Below, one piece after another: positions 36,501 through 48,500 of a stretch of 64,000 nt of DNA (the first letter of the stretch is position 1; every line of letters begins with the position of its first letter). Made by a program: the position numbers and the translations under genes. The notes beneath the pieces were generated by a model, which had not been told where the DNA came from, made no database searches, and worked only from the letters and a program-made list of their open reading frames with translations. Source of the DNA: Oikopleura dioica (Eukaryota > Animalia > Chordata); assembly GCA_907165135.1 (NCBI GenBank), contig OU015568.1, forward strand, positions 11,780,001 through 11,844,000, read 5' to 3'.

Positions 36501-39500
36501 ACATTGGTCAATGTATTGCCGCCATAAGAAAACAAGGAGGTGAAATTCCAGCAAGCATTTGTGACTGGGCAACGGACCTTCAGTGCGCACCTACTTGTCA
36601 TGATGAAAATGAAGTTTTCAAAGGATGCGCTAACACTTGCGATGATTACCGAACTTGTGCCAATTACAACACAGACCTTGACGATTTCTGCCCAAGTGGT
36701 GGTAGCGCTGTTTCTGACTGTGTTTGCAAAGATGGATATGTGCGACACGAGGGAATCTGTCAGCCTGAAGATATTTGCGAAGAAACCTGTGAAGATCGGC
36801 CGGACGGAGTTTGCACAGCAACTGGTGATCCTCATTACAAAACTTATGATGGAGGCCGATTCGATTTCATGGGCACTTGCAAGTACCTCTTGACAGGAGT
36901 TGATGACGATAACGAAAACCCTGATCGAGAAGGCCTTCCTGGGTTTGCAGTCTCTGTCAAACATCGACAAGCATGGTATCCACTTACTGTCGCTATGACT
37001 GAACATGTTTGGATCGACATTCACCAGCAAAACTTCCGCGATCAAGATAATGTCACTGAGCGACGATGGGAAATCTACATGACTATCCCTGAAGAAAATA
37101 GACCGCAAGGACAAGGCAGCGGAAGACCATCCTTCACACAACTCTTTGTTTACGATCGATTAAATGACGTACTCTTGGAAACAAATGAAATGGTCAACAA
37201 CGACTTTAGCGTGATTAATTACGGAAATCAATGTGTCCTTGAGACATGGTTCGGTCTAAAAGTGAAGTACTCTGCTGAAAGGTGGCAGGCCACCGTTGAA
37301 CTCCCATCTTGCTACGAGAACCTTCCAAAGGGTCTCTGTGGTGATTTCAATCGGGAGAACGATGAACCTGTTTCTACGCCTGAAGATGCTTTTGACTGGG
37401 GCCATTCCTGGGCTTTGACCAGCTTCAACTGCTCTGCTGGTGAGATCGTCACCAAATGCCCAGTCGAAGCAGATAAAATTGTTGCAGAAGATCATTGTGA
37501 ACCAATTATTAGCGAAACTGGAATTTTCGCAAACAGCAGTTGTCACGATTACGTTGACCCAGAGTTTCACCACCACGATTGCGTGTTTGACCTCTGTCTT
37601 GATAGTTCTCTCCGTTGTGAAATGATCAGTGGATATGCCGAGGCATGTTTAGATGCCATTCCATCTTGGGAACGACAAGAGCTTTGCGATTGGCATGAAA
37701 AAGTGAACTGCACTCCTACTTGCGGAGCTAATCAAGAGTTCAAAGGATGTGCGAACACTTGCTCTGATGTCATCACTTGCTTGAATAAGGACGAAGATCA
37801 CGTTGAACGATGCGCTGGGAAAACTGAAACTGCTAGCATGTGCGTTTGTAAGGAAGGCTTTGTTCTTTCTGATGGGCAGTGTATTCCAGAAACAGAGTGT
37901 GGTTGCAGAACACCAACTGGTGGCTATGTTGCCCAGGAATTTGTCTACCGTGACTGCAAAGAGAACTGCGTCTGTACTCCCGATGGATATATTTGTACTC
38001 CACTAACTGAGCAAGAGCAAGTCGAAGATGGGTGCATTTCATTTTGCTTTGACGAACCAAAACAAAAATGTTATGGCTCAGGTGATCCTCACTACCATAC
38101 ATTCGATCATTGCAACTTCGACTTCATGGGACAATGCCGATACAGACTCGTAGAAGTTGACTATGAGCACTATGATACCTTCTTCAAGAGAGTTCCATTC
38201 CAAGTTGAAGTTGCTATGCGAAGAGCATGGAATGACAGACCAGCTACGATGACTGAAGCTGTTTGGTTCAACTTATACCTCGAAGATGATGTTATCAACG
38301 AAAATACGACCGCAACTCATACTCTGCATATCTACGTTGGTGATCCACCACAGGGAAGTGGTCTTCCAAGACAAGTTGTTACAGAGATCACTGATAACAC
38401 AAAGATGGTCAACAATACAATCGTTTTGGGCGACTACGAAGTCTGGTCGCATGGAGGAGTTACTTTCCAGAATTTTGCTTCGCACGCTAAGATTACAACT
38501 TGGTTCGGTGTCGAGGTCGTCTACAATACGGCTGTCTGGTACGTTGAAGTTTTAGTCCCAGATTGTCTCCAAGAAAGAACTTATGGTCTTTGTGGTAACT
38601 TCAATGGTCAGTGTTCCGATGAATATTCGATCATTTATGGAACCAATATCACCGATAACACGGATATTGACAGATGGGGCGACTCTCACCAAACAGCAAA
38701 TTTTACTCTTGAAGACGATGCAAGCATCTGCGGCCCACCAATTCCAGTCGAACCGTGTGATCCTGATGCTCAAGACATCAACATCGTCCCTCATTGTGAG
38801 AAGATGGCAGATGCAACTTCACTATTCGGTCAATGTCATGAGCTTGTTACTCCTGATATCATCGTCAGTGAATGCAAATTTGACATGTGTCTTGACCAAT
38901 CGATCGGTTGCATGATCTACGAGTCTTATTTCAACCAGTATCTTTCGCTCGCTGCCAATGTTTCTACTGAGATTTGTGAATGGAGAAGCCAAGGACTCTC
39001 AGAAATGGACTACGATTGTTCTGTAGACTGTGGTGACAATGCCTTCTGGACGGCATGTGCAGACTCGTGCGACGATTTCAGAACATGCGAAAACCGATTA
39101 GTTCCAGATGAAGAGCACTGCCCAGTTCGATCACGTGTCTCTGGATGCATTTGTGGCGACGGTTTTTACAGAGAAAATGGCGCTTGTATTCCTGAGGCAG
39201 ATTGTGGATGTTTCATCGGCGAAAACAACGATGAGTACGTTCAAAAGGGATATCTTTATGATGAGTGCGATCAACGATGCGAATGTCTTGGAAATGGCAA
39301 CTATTTTTGCCGAGACTGGACTGAACAAGAACTTATTGACAAGGGATGCATAACTGACTGCCGCCTCGAGGAAAAACAGAAGTGCTATGGCTCCGGCGAT
39401 CCTCATTATCACACGTTCGATCATTGCAGTTTCGACTTTATGGGGCAATGTCGATACCGACTTGTTGAAGTGGATTATGAGCATTTTGATACCAACTTCA

Positions 39501-42500
39501 CTCGTATTCCATTCCAAGTGGAGGTTGCTATGCGAAGAGCATGGAACGATCGACCAGCTACGATGACAGAAGCTGTTTGGTTTAACTTGTATCTGGAAGA
39601 TGATGTTATCAACGAAAATACGACCGCAACTCATACTCTCCATATCTACGTGGGTGATCCACCACAGGGAAGTGGTCTGCCAAGACAAGTTGTTACAGAG
39701 ATCACTGATAACACAAAGATGGTCAACAATACAATCGTTTTGGGCGACTACGAAGTCTGGTCGCATGGAGGAGTTACCTTCCAAAATTTTGCCTCTCATG
39801 CTAAAATCACCACTTGGTTCGGTGTCGAAGTCGTCTACAATACGGCTGTGTGGTACGTCGAAGTTTTAGTTCCCAACTGCCTCAAGGAAAGAACTTATGG
39901 TCTTTGTGGTAATTTCAATGGTCAGTGTTCCGATGAATACTCGATCATTCATGGAACCAATATCACCGATAACACCGATGTTGACACTTGGGGCGACGCA
40001 CACCAAACTGCGAATTTCACTCTAGAAGATGATGCAAGCATCTGTGGACCACCAATCCCAGTTGAACCTTGCAACCCAGATGACGAAGATGTCAATATTG
40101 TCCCTCACTGTGAACAGATAGCCGATGCTTCCAGCCTTTTCGGAGAGTGCCACTCTCTCGTCACTCCTGATGTGATTGTTGATGAATGTAAATTTGATAT
40201 GTGTCTCGACCAATCAATCGGTTGCATGATCTACGAATCGTACTTTAACCAGTATCTATCGGTTGCGCAGAATGTCTCTGACGAAATTTGCGAATGGAGA
40301 AACCAAGGTCTTTCGAAGATGGACTACGACTGTTCAATTAATTGTGGCGATAACGCCGCTTGGACCGCTTGCGCAGACTCTTGCGACAATTTTAGAACAT
40401 GTGAAAACAGATTTGTACCCGATGATGAACACTGTCCCGTTAGATCCACTGTCTCCGGATGCATTTGTAACGACGGCTTCTTCCGAGAAGACGGCGATTG
40501 TATCCCTGAAGCTGACTGTGGATGTTTTATTGGTGACAACAACGACGAGTACGTTCAAAAGGGATATGTCTACGACGAGTGCGATCAGCGATGCGAATGT
40601 CTTGGAAACGGAAACTACGTCTGTCGAGATTGGACTGAACAAGAGCTCATTGACAACGGATGCATAACTGATTGCCGTCTTGAGGAAAAACAAAAGTGCT
40701 ATGGCTCTGGAGATCCTCACTACCATACTTTCGATCATTGTAACTTTGATTTCATGGGACAGTGCCGATACCGACTAGTGGAAGTGGATTATGAGCATTT
40801 CGACACCAATTTCACCCGCATTCCATTCCAAGTCGAGGTTGCTATGCGAAGAGCATGGAACGATAGACCAGCTACGATGACCGAAGCTGTGTGGTTCAAC
40901 TTATACCTCGAAGATGATGTTATCAACGAAAATACGACCGCAACTCATACACTGCATATATACGTTGGCGATCCACCTCAGGGAAGTGGTCTTCCAAGAC
41001 AAGTTGTCACAGAAATCACTGATAATACCAAAACCGTCAACAACACGATTATTTTGGGCGACTACGAAGTCTGGTCGCATGGAGGAGTTACTTTCCAGAA
41101 TTTTGCTTCGCACGCTAAGATTACTACTTGGTTTGGTGTTGAGGTCGTCTACAATACGGCTGTCTGGTACGTTGAAGTTTTGGTTCCCAACTGCCTGAAA
41201 GAAAAAACGTATGGTCTTTGTGGTAATTTCAATGGTCAGTGTTCCGATGAATACTCGATCATTCATGGAACAAATATCACCGATAACACCGATGTTGACA
41301 CTTGGGGCGACTCTCACCAAACTGCAAATTTCACTCTAGAAGATGACGCAAGCATCTGTGGACCACCAATTCCAGTCGAGCCATGTGATCCTGATGCTCA
41401 AGACGTCAACATCGTCCCTCATTGTGAGAAGATGGCAGATGCAACTTCACTTTTCGGTCAATGTCATGAGCTTGTTACTCCTGATATCATCGTCAGTGAG
41501 TGCAAATTTGACATGTGTCTTGACCAGTCCATCGGTTGCATGATCTACGAGTCTTATTTTAATCAGTACCTTTCGCTCGCTGTCAACGTTTCTACTGAGA
41601 TTTGTGAATGGAGAAACCAAGGACTCTCAGAAATGGACTACGATTGTTCTGTAGACTGTGGTGACAATGCCTTCTGGACGGCATGTGCAGACTCGTGCGA
41701 TGATTTCAGAACATGCGAAAACCGATTAGTTCCAGATGAAGAGCACTGCCCAGTTCGATCACGTGTCTCTGGATGCATTTGTGGCGACGGTTTTTACAGA
41801 GAGAATGGCGCTTGCGTCCCAGAAGCAGATTGTGGATGTTTCATTGGTGAGAACAACGATGAATATGTTGAGAAGGGATATATCTACGACGAGTGCGATC
41901 AACGATGTGAATGTCTTGGAAACGGAAACTACGTTTGTCGAGATTGGACCGAGCAAGAGCTAATCGACAGCGGATGCATTACTGATTGTCGACTTGAGGA
42001 GAAGCAAAAGTGCTATGGCTCCGGCGATCCTCACTACCATACTTTCGATCATTGCAATTTTGATTTCATGGGACAGTGTAGATATCGACTTGTGGAAGTG
42101 GCTTATGATGATCTTGATCGAAATTTCACCAGAATTCCATTCCAAGTGGAAGTTGCTATGCGACGAGCATGGAATGATAGACCAGCTACTATGACAGAAG
42201 CTGTTTGGTTTAACTTATATCTCGAAGATGATGTTATCAACGAAAATACGACCGCAACTCATACTCTGCATATCTACGTTGGTGATCCACCACAGGGAAG
42301 TGGACTGCCAAGACAAGTTGTTACAGAGATCACTGATAACACAAAGGTGGTCAACAACACGATCGTTTTGGGCGATTACGAAGTCTGGTCACACGGCGGA
42401 GTTACTTTCCAAAATTTCGCTTCACATGCTAAGATTACAACCTGGTTCGGCGTCGACCTTGTCTACAACACTGCTGTTTGGTATGTCGAGGTTATGGTTC

Positions 42501-45500
42501 CCAATTGCCTCCAAGAAAGAACCTTCGGTCTTTGCGGAAATTTTAACGGTGAATGCTCCGATGAATATTCAACAATCTACGGAACAAATATAACAGACAA
42601 CACAGCAATCATCGATTGGGGCAATTCTCATCAGACAATGAACTTTACTCTTGAAGACGATGCAAGTATTTGTGGCGCGCCACTTCCACTTGAAACCTGC
42701 AATCCTGATGATGAGGATATTAATATAATTCCGCATTGTGAGCAAATGGCTGATGCTGATACTATCTTTGGACAGTGTCACGAGCTTGTCAATCCTGACA
42801 TTATTGTCAGTGAGTGCAAATTCGATATGTGTCTTGACCAATCTATTGGTTGTATGATATACGAGTCTTACTTCAATCAGTACTTATCTCTTGCTCAAAA
42901 TGTCTCAACTGAGATCTGTGAATGGAGAGAACAAGGCCTCTCCCAAATGAGCTACTCTTGTTCTGTTGATTGTGGTGATAACGCTTATTGGACAGCATGC
43001 GCAGATTCTTGTGACGATTTCAGAACTTGCGAGAATCGAGCTGTTCCTGATGACGAACACTGCCCAGTTCAATCGCGAGTCTCAGGATGCATCTGCAATG
43101 ACGGATATTACCGAGAGAACGGTGAATGTGTCCCCGAGGCTGATTGCGGCTGCTTTATTGGTGAGAACAACGACGAATACGTCCTGAAGGGCTATCTTTA
43201 TGACGAATGTGATCAGCGATGCGAATGTTTGGGCAACAACAACTATGTTTGCCGAGATTGGACTGAATACGAGCTGATTGAAAAAGAATGCATTGATGAC
43301 TGCAGACTTGAAGAATCAACACAAAAATGCTATGCTTCCGGCGATCCTCACTACCACACTTTCGATCATTGTAATTTCGATTTCATGGGTCAATGTCGAT
43401 ACAGACTCGTTGCTGTTGACTTTGAGGATATGGATCGAAACTTCACAAGAATCCCCTTCCAGATCGATGTTGCTATGCGCAGAGCCTGGAATGACCGACC
43501 AGCAACAATGACGGAAGATGTTTGGTTTGATTTCTATCTTGAGTCCGATGTAATCGACAACACCACAAGTCCGACTCATTCTTTGGAAATTCACGTTGTT
43601 GATAGACCTCAAGGATCTGGTCTGCCGTCTCAAGTAAGCTGCCAGATTACTGATGCAAATGGAAATGTTACCATACTCGAAGAATTGGATACTTGGAATC
43701 ATGGAGGAGTTGAATTCTCTAATTTTGGATCCTTCGCTAAGGTTAAGACCTGGTTCGGCGTTGAACTCATCTACAACACCCAAGTTTGGTATGTTGAAGT
43801 AAATGTACCAAATTGTCTTCGAGAAAAGACTTATGGTCTTTGTGGAAACTTCAACGGAGATTGCGCGGACGAGTACAGCTACGTATACGGAACAAATATT
43901 ACCGATAACTCCGATGTCGATATTTGGGGTAACTCTCATTTGACACAGAACTATAGCGTTGATGGTTCTTGTGGACCGACAATCGAAGTTGCTCTATGTG
44001 ACCTAGATGACAGTAATAACGCTCACGTTGCTCCGTTCTGCGATGTGCTTGCCGATAGTTCCTCGATCTTCGGCCTCTGCCACGACTATGTTAACTTTGA
44101 ACAGATCGTTGATGAGTGCAAATACGATTACTGCTTGGATAGCTCAATCGGATGTGACATCTACCAGGCTTTTATCAACCAATGTACTTATGCCATGCGC
44201 GCTGCAAATGTTTCTACGGATGCTCTCTGTGACTGGAGAGACGAGATCACTAGTTGCGCTGTTACTTGTGGAACAAACGAAATCTGGGCCGGCTGCGCTG
44301 ATAGCTGTTCTGACTTCTACACTTGTCCCGAATTCCGAGCTCTGGCCGGAGACGAATGTCCCGTGGCAGGAGAAGAATTGCAAAAGTGTATCTGCGCTCC
44401 AGGATATTACAGACAGGTTGTCGACGGCGTAGAAGGCGACTGTGTCCCTGAAAATGAATGTGGATGCTTTACTGATAACGGTGACTATGTCCTTATTGAT
44501 TGGGATAATACCGAAAATGGTCAAAATTGCGTCGAGGAAAGGTACTGTGAATGTACAACAGAAGGCAGGTTGTAAAATAAATCAGTTTGTTTATATACTA
44601 ATCAGAATAAAATCAGAATTCAAAATGAACTCATTTTGACACGCTAATTTGGCTTTTGAAACAAGTTCAATTAAACACTTTGATCATCGCTTTTAATTTC
44701 TTTAAATTACAACCCCGTGGAACAGGCCTCATATGCACAGATTACACTCCTCAAGACCTAGTGGAAGAAGGATGCGTGGACCATTGCTTCGATGAGCCGA
44801 AACAAATGTGTTACGGATCTGGAGATCCTCATTACCACACATTTGATCACTGCAACTACGACTTTATGGGACAATGCCGCTACCGACTGGTGGAATCTAC
44901 ATCGTATGATCCATACTTCTACAAAGGTCGATTGGTAAAAATAGAGGTAATACTCATCATACATGGATGAAAAATAAGATATTTAAATGTATTCTATTTA
45001 CTAGCGTTAACCGAGGTTAACGACATGGCGGTCTTTTTATGAATGGAAATAATTTTACATAATAAAAGCAATTTGCTTTCTTGTTTTCATTCTCATCTTC
45101 ACTCTACCACGGTTATTGATTTGAATTGAAGCATAGTACCAAGTTCATATACGAAAGAGTATTGTTATTATTTAACAATAATTATCAATCGAAAAAAGTT
45201 CCATTCCAAATCGATGTCGCTATGCGCCGAGCTTGGGATGACCGAACTGCTACAATGACAGAACATGTCTGGTTCGAGCTTTACCTCGAAGACGATGAAG
45301 TTAATGAAAACACCACCTTCACCCAAAGCCTATATATCCGCGTCGGCGATCCACCACAAGGCTCGGGCCTGCCTTCATACGTCATCACTGAGTGGGAAGA
45401 TCATTTGACAGGCAATGTCACGGAGATCTCAGGATTCAGCGCTTTTGAACAAGGTGGCGTATCTTTTGAGAACTACGGAGGATTTGCGAAGATTACAACT

Positions 45501-48500
45501 TGGTTCGGAGTTGAGCTCCTTTACAATACTGCCGTATGGTACGTTGAAGTCAAGGTGCCTCAGTGCCTTTCACACGAGACGTTTGGTCTCTGTGGTAACT
45601 TCAATGGAGAATGCGCTGACGAATATACTTTATTTGGAAGCAACGCGACCGGAACTGCAACTGACTTTGGCAATTCTCACTTGACCCATAATTTCACAGA
45701 AACTGGAGGCTGCTTGGCCGCTGAACCTAGTGTTTGTGCCCCAGACGCGAACATTACCAGCTTCTGCGAGCAGATAGGAGATAACAGCACAGTCTTTGGA
45801 CAATGTCATGCCCTGGTCAACCCAGATATTATTGTTGATGAATGTAAATACGACGCTTGCAGGCAACCTTCTATCAAATGCGAGATTCATCAATCGTATG
45901 TCAACCAATGCATCGACTCAATCCTTAGCCAAGCCAACAGGAAAAGTTATGAATATTTTTTAATCGATCATTCAGTAATCTAGCCAAAGCTGCCCAACAT
46001 AATCCCGCGATTTTTATCAATCATTTGCTCTTTTATTCGCTAACAGAGCGAAGAATAGCTCCTCAGTCGTAAAAATAAGTGATCAGATTTGATTGCTTTC
46101 AAAAATCAGCTGGATTTTTAACTCCCTTTGTTGCATAGTTTATGATAGATTTTGCATATAAAAAGGTAATATGAACAAGTAATCATGCAGTGCCAGCCGT
46201 ACACTAATATATTTTAAAATCCTATTAATTTATCGTTACCTAATCATCGCTAATCAATCACAATTTCTAGGCCGTTCTAGGATTATTATGTGACAATTCG
46301 GTCTCAAATTTAAGACCTCGCCCAGGAAATAGCGTAACTCGTAAAAAGTACTCATGACGATGTGCCAGCAGAATTATGCAACTGGCGATCTGGTAGCGAA
46401 TGCGATCTTCCGTGTGGCGTGAACGAGGAGTACAATGGCTGCGCGAACACTTGTACCGACTTCTACTCCTGCGACAACATGCCAGCTAATATGACCGGAA
46501 ACTCAACAGAGGATGCGACGTCACAAAGTTGCTTTATTACGGGAGCGTGCGTTTGTCTGCCTGGCTTTGTGCGCGACCTAGAGGGCGCGTGTATTTTATC
46601 TGAGCATTGCGATCTTGTCGAAACTACAACGACTATGATAGAGATATCAACCGCGGCGCCGGTTTTCAATGCGACCACAGATGTTCCCTTTATCGGCACA
46701 ACGGATAGTGTTGTCACAGATATCATTGCCACGGAAGGATACACTGTAGTAGAGAACACAGAAGGCTACACTTTTGGACCCACAGAAGATGTTGTTACAG
46801 AACTTACCGATGTCACTACCGGTATCTTTACAGATTCTGCACTTATTACGTTAGATCCTTTCACGGAGTCTTTCACTGATGGATTTACCGAGTCTGCAAC
46901 TGAATCATTTACCGACGTCTTCACCGAATCTGCAACCGAAGTATTCACCGATAGTTTCACCGAATCTCCAACTGAAGCATTCACCGATGGTTTTACAGAA
47001 TCAGCAACTGAAGCATTCACTGATGGGTTTACCGAAACAGCAACTGAAACATTCACTGATGGGTTTACCGAATCAGCAACTGAAACATTCACTGATGGTT
47101 TCACCGAATCCCCAACAGAAGAGACCTTCACGGATGTTACAGTACCTGGCGTTACTGAACCCGTTACTGTCGCAGAAGAGTTTACTACTGATAGTTTCAC
47201 CGAACAACCATTCACTGAGCCTGGTTTTACTGAAGGCTTTACTGAAGGAGCTACTCAAGGATTCACAGAAGTAACAGACGTTACCGAAGATGTCACCGAT
47301 TCAGACATCCAAACAACAGCCCCTAGGTACGGATACATCTTAAGACGCCTATCAGTATCATCATACCAACAAAACACTTTTGTTTCGTTCGGCAAAACGC
47401 TAATTACACGCTCTCATTAAATTTCAATTCACCAACATTTCTTAACTTAGTGTTACCGAATTACCTGACACGACCACTGGGTATGTAGATAGTTCCACAG
47501 AAGATGCATTCACACATTCTTCATTCACTAAACAACCATTCACACATAGTTTCCAAACAGAGTCTCCTACAGACTCGACAGATTTCATGACCACAGAAGG
47601 ATACATTTCATTCACATCAGATACAGTCACTGATAGCCAAGTCACACAAAACACTGCCACAATCTTCGACTTTGCTACTCAAAGCCCAGACTTTACTACA
47701 GAAGAAACTTTCACACTTGGAAATCCGACTGAATCCCTATTTACTGAGGATTACACTCAAGAAATGGTCTCGACAGAGTCTAGCTTCACGGAACAAACAG
47801 ATTTTTCTGTTGTAACTGGTGCAACGGAAAGCTTTACTTTGGCAACGGAATCTTTCTTTACGGAAGGCATGACAACAAGTTATACGATGCCTACGGACGC
47901 AGCTTTTACGGAATCATTTACCTTTGATCCAACTGAAGCAACAGCGTCGTATTTCACTGAAGAAATGACAGTAAGCAACACGATACCCACAGATGCCACT
48001 CACACCGACTCAATCACCTTTGGTTTCACTGAAGCAACAGACTCTGCCTTCACGGCGGAAATGACAGAAAGCTTCACGATTCAAACAGACTTGTCTTACA
48101 CTGACTCAATCACAATCGATCCTACTACAGAAACGGAAGATGTTTTCACGAACGTCATCACAGAAAGTTTTACATTCGACGGAATGACAGAAAGTAACAC
48201 GATCCCCACTGAAGAACCATTCACGGAGTCAAAAACGGTCGGCTATGCAGAAGCCACTGAAACTATTAACGAGACTATGGATCCAGACAGGCATATAAAT
48301 TCGCTTGGCGATTTTCGCCAAAAGCGAAAGCGAAGCGAAGGCGAATCGAAAATTTCGCTTTCGCCCCCCGAAAATGACACCCCTGATGTTCGCTTCGCTT
48401 TCGCTTTTTGTCCCCGATTTTCGCCAAAAATTCGCTTTCGCCGAGGCCTCGCTTTCGCCAAATTTTCGCTTCTGGCAAATCTTCGCCAGAATTTCGCTTT

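Noticed and set aside
45941-46348. GA donor and purine-rich acceptor after vWD unit 9
   Set aside because: A canonical GT-AG intron 45946-46368 gives a better alignment (QANRKTELCNWR versus AANVSTEICEWR).
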